Shown: positions 20,248-30,416 of the stretch, one piece after another
How positions within the stretch are numbered: position 1 is the stretch's first letter
Layout: each line of letters begins with the position of its first letter
Source of the DNA: a bacterium
GTDB taxonomy: Bacteria; UBA8248
Direction: 5' to 3'
DNA length: 64,000 nt
Assembly (NCBI GenBank): GCA_965207065.1
Contig: OZ242260.1
Span: 1,568,001-1,632,000 of the forward strand
Position numbers and translations under genes: made by a program
Notes under the pieces: generated by a model
What the model was told of the DNA's origin: nothing
The model's input: the letters and a program-made list of their open reading frames with translations, nothing else
The model's database searches: none

Positions 20248-21138
20248 TCATCCGAATATCATGCCCAGCAGGAGTGCCGGCAGATAAATCAGCGAGAAGT
20301 AGAACAACCGCCTCGCGGACGTAGGGCCTTTTTCCCTCGCCATGTGAACGCCGTAACCGAAATATACGAACCCCAGGATGGTGGAGACCGCGAAATAGGC
20401 GGGGCCGGCCATGCCGATCAGGGCCGGGGCCATTCCTGCGGGAATGAGCGCCATGCAATAGGAGATAACCTGCCTGCCCGTGCTGGCGCCGCCCGGGTCC
20501 TCTACGGGCAGGAGCTTGATGTCCGCTCTCGCGAAATCCTCGCGGTACATGACGGCGATCGCCAGCGCGTGGGGGATCTGCCAGAGGAACATGATGCAGA
20601 ACACCACGAACGCCTCGACCGAGAGCGCGCCCGTGGCCGCCGCCCAGCCGATGACCGGCGGCATGGCGCCCGGAACCGCGCCCACCACGCTGTTGAACGA
20701 GGTCGTTCGTTTTAGCGGCGTATACAGGAAAAGATACAGCCCGCCGGTGGCGGCGATGAGGAGCGCCGTGAAGGGGTTCACGAAAATGGCCAGATAGGCC
20801 ACGCCCAGCAGCATGACGGCGGAGCCGAACAGGAGCGCGTCGAACTTGAGAAGCCGCCCGTCTGGCAGCGGGCGTTTTTGCGTCCGGATCATCCGCGCGT
20901 CAAGGTCTTCTTCGGATGCCTGGTTCAGCGCCAGCGCGCCGCCCGTCGCAAAGGCCGAGCCGATGAGCGTGTGGATGAGCAGGGTAATATCGAGCCCTGC
21001 GCCCGAGGCGAGGTAGAAGCCCGCGGCGGTGACCACCAGCACCATCGGCAGGATGCGCGGTTTCGTGAGTTCCAGGTAATCCACCGCCCTTCGCCTGGCG
21101 GCGTCGAGATTCATCGCCTCGGTGCGGAAATTCGTCAT
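20248..21138 (-). CDS. ctaB: Protoheme IX farnesyltransferase (heme o synthase)
   Basis: LTKPRI, DARMIRTQKRPLP, YTPLKR, FLWQIPH. Confidence 0.93.
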   Translation of the reverse strand: MTNFRTEAMNLDAARRRAVDYLELTKPRILPMVLVVTAAGFYLASGAGLDITLLIHTLIGSAFATGGALALNQASEEDLDARMIRTQKRPLPDGRLLKFDALLFGSAVMLLGVAYLAIFVNPFTALLIAATGGLYLFLYTPLKRTTSFNSVVGAVPGAMPPVIGWAAATGALSVEAFVVFCIMFLWQIPHALAIAVMYREDFARADIKLLPVEDPGGASTGRQVISYCMALIPAGMAPALIGMAGPAYFAVSTILGFVYFGYGVHMAREKGPTSARRLFYFSLIYLPALLLGMIFG

Positions 21139-22079
21139 GCGCGCGCGCCTCCCGCCGCAACGGGCGCTTCGGTGTCCTTCAAGGCGAACAGGCCGCTTTT
21201 ATTGAGGCGAAGGGCCACGACGAGCGAGGCCGCGAAGAGCATCGCGCCCACCACGACGTGGGCGGAGGTTATCGCGATGATGAGAACGGGCGTGAAGGCC
21301 TCGCCCATGGCGGCGTATTTCCCGACCCACGAGGCGCCGCCGAGCGCGAGTTGAACGATTAGCAGGACCCACAGGAAGTTCGCCTCTTTCGCCAATGCGC
21401 CGGGATTCGGCAGCTTCAGGGTCTTATAAGAGAGGAGGATGACGTGGATAGTGCTCAACACGGCGAAGAGCAGATGGGCGTCGAGCCTGTTTCCGGTGTG
21501 GCGCAGCACCGCGCCGAAGATAATCTGGACGTATAGCAGCGAAACGGTGATGAGGCCCAGTCTAGCCAGTCCCTTGTCCCCCGTTTCACCTGTATCATCT
21601 CGCCAGCCGCGTGAGGTGAACAATGCCAGGCTCACCATGAGTGCGAAGAAAACTTGCGCGACGCAGGCGTGGACGATGGCCAGGTTGAGTTTGATGAGAA
21701 CCACCCGCATCCCGCCGAGCACGCCCTGTAAAATCACCAGGCCGACGGCGAATGCGCCCAGCCTGCGCATCCATTTACGTTCATTGGCTTTCCAGATGGC
21801 GGCGGCCGTCAGGATGGTGAGAAACCCCACCAGCGAGCCGAGCAGGCGGTGCGAGTGTTCGATGAAAACGCCGCCCACCATCTTCGACCACGGGAAGAGG
21901 AACATGTTGTAGCCGAACGTGTTGGGCCAGTCGGGAACCGCGAGGCCCGAACCCGTGCTCGTCACCAGACCGCCGGCGAGGATGAGCACGACGGTGAAGA
22001 CGCAGGTCAGCAGGGCGAAACGATGGGGCCAGCCTCCCCCATTTTCGGCGGGAAGGCCGGCATGGCGATCAGATGCCAT
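21135..22079 (-). CDS. ctaA: Heme A synthase (CtaA/Cox15)
   Basis: GGLVTSTGSGLAVPDWP, EHSHRLLG, QGVLGG, conserved His residues. Confidence 0.88.
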   Translation of the reverse strand: MASDRHAGLPAENGGGWPHRFALLTCVFTVVLILAGGLVTSTGSGLAVPDWPNTFGYNMFLFPWSKMVGGVFIEHSHRLLGSLVGFLTILTAAAIWKANERKWMRRLGAFAVGLVILQGVLGGMRVVLIKLNLAIVHACVAQVFFALMVSLALFTSRGWRDDTGETGDKGLARLGLITVSLLYVQIIFGAVLRHTGNRLDAHLLFAVLSTIHVILLSYKTLKLPNPGALAKEANFLWVLLIVQLALGGASWVGKYAAMGEAFTPVLIIAITSAHVVVGAMLFAASLVVALRLNKSGLFALKDTEAPVAAGGARA

Positions 22080-22111
22080 GCGCGTTCTCTCCCGGGGTAA
22101 TTGCGGCGGCG

Positions 22112-24073
22112 CTAGTGTCCGGCTTCGGCGAGCGCCGGGTCGATGGGCTCGGTCTGCGGTGCCCAGTCCGCTTCCTCGCCGGGGACGCTGTATTCATAGG
22201 GTCCGCGCTGGACCACCGGCAGCGTGGGGCCGAAGTTCCCGTGCGGCGCCGGCGTGGGAGCCACCCACTCGAGCGTGTTGGCGTCCCAGGGGTTCTGGGG
22301 CGCGTCGGCTCCCAGCGGAGCCATGTTCTTCTCGAGATAGCGGTAGATCCAGACCGCAAGCGCCACGAAGACGATCGTGCCCACGATGCGTCCACCCGTC
22401 GAGGGTACGGGCTCCATCAGGCCCTCGAACATCACCGCCGCGCTCTTGTAGCCGATGAAGCCGACGATGAGAGCCGAGACCGCCTGGGTGAGCACGCGGA
22501 ACCACTTCGCGTTCCAGCGGAAGACGGTGGCGAAGAAGTTGAACACGAAGGGAATCTGCGAGAGCCCCAGCGCAAGCGCCGAGAGGGTGATGATCACGTT
22601 GATCGGCTGCATCCCTTGCAAGAACTCATACTGCATGGGGTTGTAGATGCGCCGCATGTGGCCGCCCACGCCCAGGATGTGCATCGGGAAGAACACCATG
22701 TTGAAGAAGATGAACGTGAGCCAGAAGTGCACCTTGCCCAGCGCTTCGTCCATGGACCTTCCGAACATTTTCGGGAACCAGTGCTGTATTCCGCCAAAGA
22801 GCGCGAATACGCTGCCGCCGAAGATGACGTAGTGGAAATGCGCCACGATGAAGTAGGTGTCGTGTATGTAGATGTCCACCACGTTCGACGCCATGAAGAT
22901 GCCGCTCAGCCCGCCGATGACGAACAGGATGACGAACGCCAGGGCATGGAGCATCGGCACGGTGAAGCGGATCGAACCGCCCCACAGGGTGCCCAGCCAG
23001 TTGAATGTCTTGATCGCCGATGGTATCGCGATGACGAGCGTCGTCATCATGAAGGCCGAACCAAGTGCGGGGTTCATGCCGGACTGGAACATATGGTGGC
23101 CCCAGACGATCCACGAAAGGAAGGCGATGGCGAGCATGGCGTACACCATGGCCCGGTAGCCGAAGATCGGTTTTCTGCAGTAAACGGGCAACAACTCCGA
23201 AGCGATGCCCATGCCCGGAAGTATGAGAATGTAGACTTCCGGGTGCCCGAAGTACCAGAACAGGTGCTGCCAAAGGAGGGGTTCGCCCCCCTTCGCCGGG
23301 TTGAAGAAGTTGGTCTCGAACACGCGGTCGAAGATCATCATCGCGGCCGCGGAGCCCAGAATGGGCAGGGCCAGCAGTCCCAGGATGGCGGTGACGAACA
23401 ATGACCACACGACCAGCGGCACCCGGAACCAGGTCATGCCCTCGGTGCGCATGTTGATGAGCGTGGTGATGTAGTTGATCGAGCCCATGAGCGAAGAGAA
23501 ACTCAGCACGAACAGACTTAATGCCCATAATGTCTGCCCCATGAATACGCCCGTGTATTCCGGAATGGTGGATAACGGCGCGTAGCCTGTCCAGCCGGCG
23601 GCGGCGTGTCCTCCCTCGACCAGGAACCCCGCGCTCATGATGACGGCGCCCAGAACGGCGACCCAGAAGGAAAGCATGTTCAATACCGGGAACGCCATGT
23701 CGCGCGCCCCGATCATCAGCGGGATGAGGAAGTTCCCGAAACAGCCCACCAGTATCGGCATCACGACCAGGAACACCATGATGGTCGCGTGCATGGTGAC
23801 CGCCATGTTGTAGAAGTTCGGCGTGACGTACCCCTCGGGCATGCCTTCGCTCTCGTCCGATATCCATTCTAAGCCCCAGACCTGCGTTTCCGGCCAGGCG
23901 AGTTGCCAGCGGAAGATCAGGGCGAGAATTCCGCCCACGACCATCATGATGAGGCCGAGCCAGAGGAACTGCCTGGCGATCATCTTGTGGTCCAGCGAGA
24001 AGACGTATGTGCTCCAGAACCCACCTTCGTGGTGGTCGTGAGCGCCGTGTGCGTCTGCCGTGGTTTCGCTCAT
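22112..24073 (-). CDS. ctaD: Cytochrome c oxidase subunit I, A1 type
   Basis: DHKMI, HATIM, ARDMAFP (D-channel), WYFGHPEVY, WGHHMF, AIK (K-channel), VAHFHY, MRR. Confidence 0.96.
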   Translation of the reverse strand: MSETTADAHGAHDHHEGGFWSTYVFSLDHKMIARQFLWLGLIMMVVGGILALIFRWQLAWPETQVWGLEWISDESEGMPEGYVTPNFYNMAVTMHATIMVFLVVMPILVGCFGNFLIPLMIGARDMAFPVLNMLSFWVAVLGAVIMSAGFLVEGGHAAAGWTGYAPLSTIPEYTGVFMGQTLWALSLFVLSFSSLMGSINYITTLINMRTEGMTWFRVPLVVWSLFVTAILGLLALPILGSAAAMMIFDRVFETNFFNPAKGGEPLLWQHLFWYFGHPEVYILILPGMGIASELLPVYCRKPIFGYRAMVYAMLAIAFLSWIVWGHHMFQSGMNPALGSAFMMTTLVIAIPSAIKTFNWLGTLWGGSIRFTVPMLHALAFVILFVIGGLSGIFMASNVVDIYIHDTYFIVAHFHYVIFGGSVFALFGGIQHWFPKMFGRSMDEALGKVHFWLTFIFFNMVFFPMHILGVGGHMRRIYNPMQYEFLQGMQPINVIITLSALALGLSQIPFVFNFFATVFRWNAKWFRVLTQAVSALIVGFIGYKSAAVMFEGLMEPVPSTGGRIVGTIVFVALAVWIYRYLEKNMAPLGADAPQNPWDANTLEWVAPTPAPHGNFGPTLPVVQRGPYEYSVPGEEADWAPQTEPIDPALAEAGH

Positions 24074-24175
24074 GGTTACCTGCATCCCTCGTAAGTTCGG
24101 TTTATCGGAGGAAAACTCCCGACGACCCGTTCAAGATATGAAAGAGGGCGCGGGCGCCCTCATGAATACAGCCGT

Positions 24176-24844
24176 TTATTTGTCCTTCTCGGCCCAGGCT
24201 TTCTTGCGCCACTTCGCGTAGTCGGCCTCGGAGTGTACGATGAACTCCCCGTTCATGCCGGAGTGCCCGAAGCCGCAGAGCTCCGCGCAGGGGATTTCGT
24301 ATTTGCCCACCTTGGTCGGCGTAAACCACAGCGGAATCGTCCGGCCCGGAACCACATCCTGCTTCATGCGGGTATGAGGTATGAAGAAGCTGTGGATGAC
24401 GTCCGCCCCCTTGAGCGAGATGAGCAACTGCTTGTTGACGGGCACGTTCAACTGGTTGTCGAGCACCAGGTCGTCCTTGGTGCCGAACTTCTTGTCGTCT
24501 CCAGGGTAGCGGACGATCCAGTTGAACTGCTTGCCGGTAACCTCGACGCGCACGTGCGGGTTCTGGGGGATCGCCAGCTTGAGCTTTGCCCAGGAGGTCT
24601 GTGTCATCAGGACGAAGACGAGCAGGATGAGGGTGGGGATCACCGTCCAGAGAATCTCCAGCGTGTTGTTGCCGTGCATGTATTTCGCCTTCACGCCGGG
24701 TTTGGCGCGGTACTTGATGAGGAAATAGATCATCGCGGCGGCGACCATGACGAAGACGACCACCGTCAGGTAGTAGGAGATATAGAAGAGAAAATCGATT
24801 TCCTCTCCTTCGAGAGAAATATTCTCGGGGAGCCAACTCATCAT
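24176..24844 (-). CDS. ctaC: Cytochrome c oxidase subunit II (CuA; no fused cytochrome c)
   Basis: LEILWTVIP, DVIHSF, CAELCGFGHSGM. Confidence 0.94.
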   Translation of the reverse strand: MMSWLPENISLEGEEIDFLFYISYYLTVVVFVMVAAAMIYFLIKYRAKPGVKAKYMHGNNTLEILWTVIPTLILLVFVLMTQTSWAKLKLAIPQNPHVRVEVTGKQFNWIVRYPGDDKKFGTKDDLVLDNQLNVPVNKQLLISLKGADVIHSFFIPHTRMKQDVVPGRTIPLWFTPTKVGKYEIPCAELCGFGHSGMNGEFIVHSEADYAKWRKKAWAEKDK

Positions 24845-25136
24845 GATGAAGCGTATCCTCCGGGCCAAGCCGCGTGCAGGGCGAAGCGCACGGACGCTTC
24901 CCCATAACCGCGAAAAATGTATGGATTCCCTATAACCGCACGGGGAGTCTAAAGGATAAGCGAGAGAGTTTTCAAGCGCGCGCGGGAAAATAATTTGCAT
25001 AGAGGACGGGCTGTTCCCGTCTCCTCGGAGGTGAGACGCCCGGCGCATCCCCCGCCCCTTGACCCTGCTCCCGCCCGGGGGTAGTGTCCCCGTTTTGTTT
25101 GCAAGACGCGCGTCTTGCGGGCTATAAAGGAAGAGC

Positions 25137-25213
<77 letters not shown>

Positions 25214-25228
25214 TTCAAACAAAAGAGT

Positions 25229-25255
25229 CCGGGGCCATGCGCCCCGGCTTTTTTA
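25229..25255 (+). terminator. Intrinsic terminator after the tRNA
   Basis: CCGGGGC-CAT-GCGCCCCGG hairpin followed by T-tract. Confidence 0.7.
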
Positions 25256-25320
25256 GGTTGGGGGAGTACATGGCAGCGCAATATATCGTGTGAGGTTAAA
25301 GGCTAGGAAAGGAAAGAGGA

Positions 25321-26196
25321 ATGAAGCGGAGAATAGTGTCGAAATCCGAAAATCACCTTCTTTCGGAATCAGGTGGCAAAATCGAACTCTGGATGACGAA
25401 AAGATTGCGTAATGAGCCAAATGACTCTTGGATGCAAAAAGCACGAACATGTTTACGAAAGCAACTGAAAACCCTCAAAGCAAATTCGGATGAGATAATT
25501 GAAGGAATATACATCTCAAGGGGAGGTGGAGGACATTCCACAGATGTCGACAATGTTCTTTTCTACAATGTTAGAGGAGGCTATTTCAAAGAATCTTCAC
25601 AACATGGCCTTCGGTTTTGTTACTTGGATGAAGACCCTCCGCCGTCGGGACATGCCAAACTTTTCGCTCACTATCAAAGCTACAAATTGGTCAACAAAAA
25701 AGAGGATTTCTCCTTCCTGAGAAAATGCAGGAATGTAGCGAGTTATGAATTCTGTACTATCCCCTCGCAAGACTTAAAGCTGAAAGAGGATATTTGGTGG
25801 GGCTCCATGAATACTAAATGGAACGCGAAGAAGGGAGAGGTTTTGGAGAAGTTCGCCTTGCGCGTTTGCGCACGATATCCGCAGTCTCGTAAGAAACAAT
25901 TTGTCGCATACGATGGAAAAGACGAAGACGTGTTTGACGGCATCGCCTCGGCGATGCACGTTTGGAGCAATGAAAAATGGGTCGATGAAGTCGCCGGTCG
26001 TGTTGCGAACGCCAGGGAGGTTTCCTGTGAGTCCGTTCGTGCGAAACTCCAAAATAAGGCTCATGCCTTTCTTGGTGAAAACAAAAATCAGCGTTGGGAC
26101 CCCGCAGACGACAGATGTGTCGCAGGAGAACACTTTCTCTCTCCCAGCACGGAAGACGAATGGCGCTTCAAGGTTGAAATCCTGGCTGTCGGATAG
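25321..26196 (+). CDS. AT-rich hypothetical protein downstream of tRNA-Arg
   Basis: 291-aa ORF with purine-rich RBS; visibly lower GC than its neighbours. Confidence 0.7.
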   Translation: MKRRIVSKSENHLLSESGGKIELWMTKRLRNEPNDSWMQKARTCLRKQLKTLKANSDEIIEGIYISRGGGGHSTDVDNVLFYNVRGGYFKESSQHGLRFCYLDEDPPPSGHAKLFAHYQSYKLVNKKEDFSFLRKCRNVASYEFCTIPSQDLKLKEDIWWGSMNTKWNAKKGEVLEKFALRVCARYPQSRKKQFVAYDGKDEDVFDGIASAMHVWSNEKWVDEVAGRVANAREVSCESVRAKLQNKAHAFLGENKNQRWDPADDRCVAGEHFLSPSTEDEWRFKVEILAVG

Positions 26197-26706
26197 GCTC
26201 TCGGGAAATCTGATATCAACCCCCTCAAAAAACCACCCTTGCCTCTCTTGCGGGATGCCCCTGCAATATCCCCCATATTTTCATCGCTCCGGCGGGTGCG
26301 CTTCGCTGGTTTCGGGTCTCGCCTCACCGCTTGGATATTTTAGGATTTTCATAATATTCACCTGTGAGAAAGCAGTTACTCCTCGGAAAATCTTTCACCG
26401 GCCACGCCCTCGCGAGAGGGTTGTTTTTGCTGGAAATAACGCTATATGGAGGATTCCGGCGAAACGCCCCGTTTTTTTATGTTTTGCTTTTTGTTACGGA
26501 AAGGTTACAATACCGGACATATTTGAGAACGTATTTATATATGCGCCAATAAAAATTTCGCCCTGTGGATGTTCGAAGTTTCCGTCAAGAGGGAGGAATC
26601 TTTATTAGAGGATGCTCAATGTTTGCGGCGCGGGATGCGGCTCGGGTCTCGCGTTCAAGATGTACGGCATAATTGGGTTGGTTCCTTTCAATAAGGAGGC
26701 GCTTGT

Positions 26707-28680
26707 ATGAATGCGAAGATCTTCTGGCTATTCGCCTTCGTCGTGCTCTATTGGGCCTACTGCATTTTCTGGGGCATCAAGTGCGCGAGGATGGCGAGAA
26801 CGGCCGGCGACTATTTCATTGCGGGTCGCCAGCTATCCATGTGGGTGTTCGTCCTGGCGGCGACGGCGACGTCGTTTTCGGGGTGGACGTTCATGGGTCA
26901 CCCGGGACTGGTCTATCGAGACGGGTTCCAGTACGCCTACGCATCCTTCTACACCATCACCATTCCCTTTACCGGGGTGATATTCCTGAAGCGCCAGTGG
27001 ATGCTGGGCAAACGCTACGGATACGTCACGCCCGGGGAAATGTTCGCCGACTACTTCCAGGGCGACGCCATCCGCATCCTCACGGTCATCGTGGCGCTGC
27101 TGTTCTCGATTCCCTACCTCGGTGTTCAGCTCGGGGCCTCGGGCTTCTTGTTCAACGTGCTGACCGATGGTGCTTTCAGCGTTAACGTGGGTATGTGGCT
27201 GCTCTCGGCGGTCGTGCTCATCTACGTGGCAGCCGGGGGTCTGCGCGCCGTTGCCTACGTGGATACGCTCCAGTGCATTCTCCTCGCGCTGGGTATCATC
27301 ATCACCGGCTTCATCGCGCTCAGCATCGCAGGCGGATGGGGCGCGCTGAACGAAGGCCTCGCCAAGCTGGCGGCCTCCCCGGTGGGCAAGTGGGGGACGA
27401 CGAAAGGATACGGCGGCGGCGACTACAACGCCTACTTCGCCATTCCGGGCGTCATCCAGTTCACGGCCGGCCTGGGCAAGCAGACGCCCGTGGGCGGTCT
27501 GTGGACGGGCATCATGTGCCTGACCTACATGTTCGCGCTGATGGGGATTCAGTCTTCCCCGGCGTTCTCCATGTGGGCGTTCTCGAACAACAACCCGCGC
27601 CCCTTCGCGCCCCAGCAGGTCTGGGCGTCTTCTGCGGGCATCGGGTTCATCCTGTTCTTCTTCACCGCGTTCCAGGGTATGGGCGCGCACCTTCTCGGCG
27701 CGAACCCGGCGGTGACCAAAGCGGGACTTGCGCTATCGGACGTGCTAGCCGCGTCCATTGCGAAAAAGCCCGACTCGCTGGTGCCGTACTATTTCAACTA
27801 CATTGCGGACGCGGCGCCATGGCTGGTCGGACTTCTCGCGGTCTGTGCGCTGGCCGCCATGCAGTCCACGGGGGCGGCGTACATGTCCACGGCGGGCGGC
27901 ATGCTCACCCGCGACCTCTACAAGAGGTACCTGAACCCCGGCGCCTCGCATGAAACCCAGAAGGTGGCGGGCCGGATCGGCGTTTTGATCATCGTGGTCT
28001 CGGCGCTCCTTGTGGCGACGTTCTCAAGAGACGCGCTGGTGTTGCTTGGAGGACTCGCCGTCGCCTTCGGCTTCCAGATGTGGCCGCCGCTGGTGGCGGT
28101 GTGCTGGTACCCGAAGATAACGAGGCAAGGCGCCACGTGGGGTCTGGCGGCGGGTCTTTTGGCCGTCATCTTCACGGAGAACTTCGGCCTCACGATTCTC
28201 AAGGGAATCGGCATCGACATCTGGGGACGCTGGCCGTGGACGATTCACTCCGCCGGCTGGGGCATCATCTTCAACGTGGCGGTGTGCTGGATCGTCTCCG
28301 CGCAAACGCAGGACGCGGCGGCGGCGGCTCACCGGCAGAAGTACCACGACTTCCTGGCCGAGCACGCTTCGCTCTCGCCGGAGAAACAAGGCCTCGTCCC
28401 GATGGCGTGGGGCATTACGCTGGCCTGGATGTTCTTCGGCATCGGCCCGGGCGCCGTTATCGGCAACTGGATCTTCGGCGCTCCGAACGCTGGTTACGCA
28501 GGATGGACGTTCGGCATGCCCTCTATCTGGGCCTGGCAGATTCTCTTCTGGGTCCTTGGCGTGGGCATGATGTGGATGCTCGCCTACAAGATGGAGATGT
28601 CCACGGTGCCGGATACGGAAATCGAGGCGCTTGTGGAGGACATCGGCGACGTGGTCGCAGAGCAGGCGGGTTCGTCCTAG
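26707..28680 (+). CDS. Sodium:solute symporter (SSS) family protein
   Basis: DYFIAGR, ATSFSGWTFMGHPG, YVAAGGLRAVAYVD, AAMQST; RBS AAGGAGG. Confidence 0.92.
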   Translation: MNAKIFWLFAFVVLYWAYCIFWGIKCARMARTAGDYFIAGRQLSMWVFVLAATATSFSGWTFMGHPGLVYRDGFQYAYASFYTITIPFTGVIFLKRQWMLGKRYGYVTPGEMFADYFQGDAIRILTVIVALLFSIPYLGVQLGASGFLFNVLTDGAFSVNVGMWLLSAVVLIYVAAGGLRAVAYVDTLQCILLALGIIITGFIALSIAGGWGALNEGLAKLAASPVGKWGTTKGYGGGDYNAYFAIPGVIQFTAGLGKQTPVGGLWTGIMCLTYMFALMGIQSSPAFSMWAFSNNNPRPFAPQQVWASSAGIGFILFFFTAFQGMGAHLLGANPAVTKAGLALSDVLAASIAKKPDSLVPYYFNYIADAAPWLVGLLAVCALAAMQSTGAAYMSTAGGMLTRDLYKRYLNPGASHETQKVAGRIGVLIIVVSALLVATFSRDALVLLGGLAVAFGFQMWPPLVAVCWYPKITRQGATWGLAAGLLAVIFTENFGLTILKGIGIDIWGRWPWTIHSAGWGIIFNVAVCWIVSAQTQDAAAAAHRQKYHDFLAEHASLSPEKQGLVPMAWGITLAWMFFGIGPGAVIGNWIFGAPNAGYAGWTFGMPSIWAWQILFWVLGVGMMWMLAYKMEMSTVPDTEIEALVEDIGDVVAEQAGSS

Positions 28681-28710
28681 ACGAGACCGTGATGTAGAAG
28701 CACCATCATG

Positions 28711-28747
28711 CGGGGGAGGGGCGAAAGTCCCTCCCCCGTGTTGTTTC
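28711..28747 (+). terminator. Hairpin/terminator after the SSS gene
   Basis: CGGGGGAGGGGC-GAAA-GTCCCTCCCCCG followed by a T-rich run. Confidence 0.6.
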
Positions 28748-28775
28748 TTCGCCGCCCTGATGGCTAAATAACCCC

Positions 28776-29015
28776 ATGGCTGAATTGTTCACCGCACAAT
28801 ACTCGCTGCTCTGGGTCATCGCGCTGGCCGCCGCGCTGTTTCTGCCCGTGCGTCAACTCATCTGGACGCTCTATGTCAGGCGGGCGGAAAAAGACGGGGC
28901 GGAAACCTCCGACGCTGAACGCCTCGACCTCAAAAAGCGCGCGGGTATGACGGCGTTGCTGCTTTGTTTCGTATTCTCCTACTTCTATGTGGCGCATCTT
29001 TTCCGGGGGCCATGA
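28776..29015 (+). CDS. Small two-TM hypothetical protein
   Basis: 79 aa, two hydrophobic segments; stop overlaps next start. Confidence 0.7.
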   Translation: MAELFTAQYSLLWVIALAAALFLPVRQLIWTLYVRRAEKDGAETSDAERLDLKKRAGMTALLLCFVFSYFYVAHLFRGP

Positions 29016-29626
29016 TGAATCCGCGCGTACTCAAGCGCTTCATCAAGAACATGGCGATTCTCATTTTCGTCATGTTTTCCGCATGGGCGCTGTGGGAGAT
29101 GTATACCGACGAGAAGCCGGGGGATTACGCCACGCGCGAGGGCGATATCCGCCTGAGCGAGGGGAACTACGAGGAGGCGCTGACGAGTTTCAACCGGGCG
29201 CTTCGCGAAATGCCCAACCACCGCGGCGCGCTGATGGGCCGCGCGCTGGTGTTCATCCGGACGAAGGAATACGACAAGGCTTCGGCCGAACTCACCTACC
29301 TCATCGATTACCTCAAGAAAAACATCGAACCAGACGACGCGACGGGCGCCGGCCTCATGGCGGCGGCCTACGCCAACCGGGGCATCGTCCACGACACCAG
29401 GGGCCGCTATAAGGAAGCGCTCGCCGATTACATCGAGGCGCTCAGGACCGACCGGGGAGCGGTGGACGGGCCGGGAATCATCGACAAGGTGATCTACGGC
29501 ACGCCGAACCCGTCCTCTGTGCGCAAGCGCGCGATATACCTGAAAGAACAACTCGCCCTCCCGCCGGAAAGACGCCTGTTGCGCGTGCCGGAAATCGACG
29601 CGGAACAGCGCATGCACAAGCCCTGA
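29012..29626 (+). CDS. Membrane-anchored TPR protein
   Basis: N-terminal TM; TPR motifs GNYEEALTSFNRAL, AYANRGIVHDTRGRYKEALADY. Confidence 0.85.
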   Translation: MMNPRVLKRFIKNMAILIFVMFSAWALWEMYTDEKPGDYATREGDIRLSEGNYEEALTSFNRALREMPNHRGALMGRALVFIRTKEYDKASAELTYLIDYLKKNIEPDDATGAGLMAAAYANRGIVHDTRGRYKEALADYIEALRTDRGAVDGPGIIDKVIYGTPNPSSVRKRAIYLKEQLALPPERRLLRVPEIDAEQRMHKP

Positions 29627-29669
29627 TATTTTCCTTGAAGCGTTTTTCTGTACCCGGGGGAGTGAAGCG

Positions 29670-29870
29670 TTAGAATCGCACGATGCCGAGCACGTCCTGG
29701 AACAGGACCAGAAAGAAGAACACCGCGGCGATGCAGCCGAAGAGAAGGTGCACGAAATCCGCCCCGCCGTCGGGGTTTTTCGTGCGGATGGCCTTGATGG
29801 CGATGAAGCCCGTGACGAACAGGAAGATGAAGTTCACGGCTTGCTGGTTCTCGCCTGCGAATTCGAACAT
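29670..29870 (-). CDS. Small two-TM hypothetical protein
   Basis: 66 aa, host-like codon usage. Confidence 0.65.
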   Translation of the reverse strand: MFEFAGENQQAVNFIFLFVTGFIAIKAIRTKNPDGGADFVHLLFGCIAAVFFFLVLFQDVLGIVRF

Positions 29871-29900
29871 GAGGGATCCTGCCGTTAAAGTTTTTACACC

Positions 29901-30416
29901 CTATCTGGTGTAGCGTCCCGGCGCCAGGGAAGTCTCTTCGATTTTGCGCTCCTTGGCCATGGCCTTCATCTCTTTTTTCTCGAAATATGGCGGCAGGAAA
30001 GAAGTGCTCTCCCCGGCGACGAGGTGACTCAGCCAGACGATGCCGGTCATGACCGACACCATGAGGGTGGCGGTCACGATGAAGCGCTTGATGTCTGCGG
30101 GGATTTTTTTGCCGTAATCCTTGTCATACCTGTGATAGGCGGGGTCGTTTTCATCCAGATCACCCTGTTTGTCCAGGGCCAGTATCTGGTGCGCATGGCG
30201 GCGCGCCCAGAAGGGCACCTGATCGTAGAGCATGTAGGCCATGAAGAGTTGATTGATGAGTTCTTCGGACATCTCCTCGCCGTACCATTCGCTGTAGGCG
30301 AGTTGCAGAAACTGGAACTCCCCCACCTGGAGCAGGTTCGCCGCTTTGGCGACTTCGGCGCGCTGGGCGCTTTCCTCCCTGTCAGGGCGGATGAGCGTCT
30401 GGAAGAAAGTCACCAT
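29901..30416 (-). CDS. Hypothetical membrane protein
   Basis: Start MVTFFQTL with RBS GAGG; GEFQFLQLAY..W, VPFWAR, one C-terminal TM. Confidence 0.7.
   Translation of the reverse strand: MVTFFQTLIRPDREESAQRAEVAKAANLLQVGEFQFLQLAYSEWYGEEMSEELINQLFMAYMLYDQVPFWARRHAHQILALDKQGDLDENDPAYHRYDKDYGKKIPADIKRFIVTATLMVSVMTGIVWLSHLVAGESTSFLPPYFEKKEMKAMAKERKIEETSLAPGRYTR

Noticed and set aside
22073-23867. Long alternative-frame ORFs (for example 22073-23404 and 22626-23867; also 32902-34173, 39074-40402, 53697-54863)
   Set aside because: Shadow ORFs of well-supported genes in GC-rich DNA, with no family motifs.
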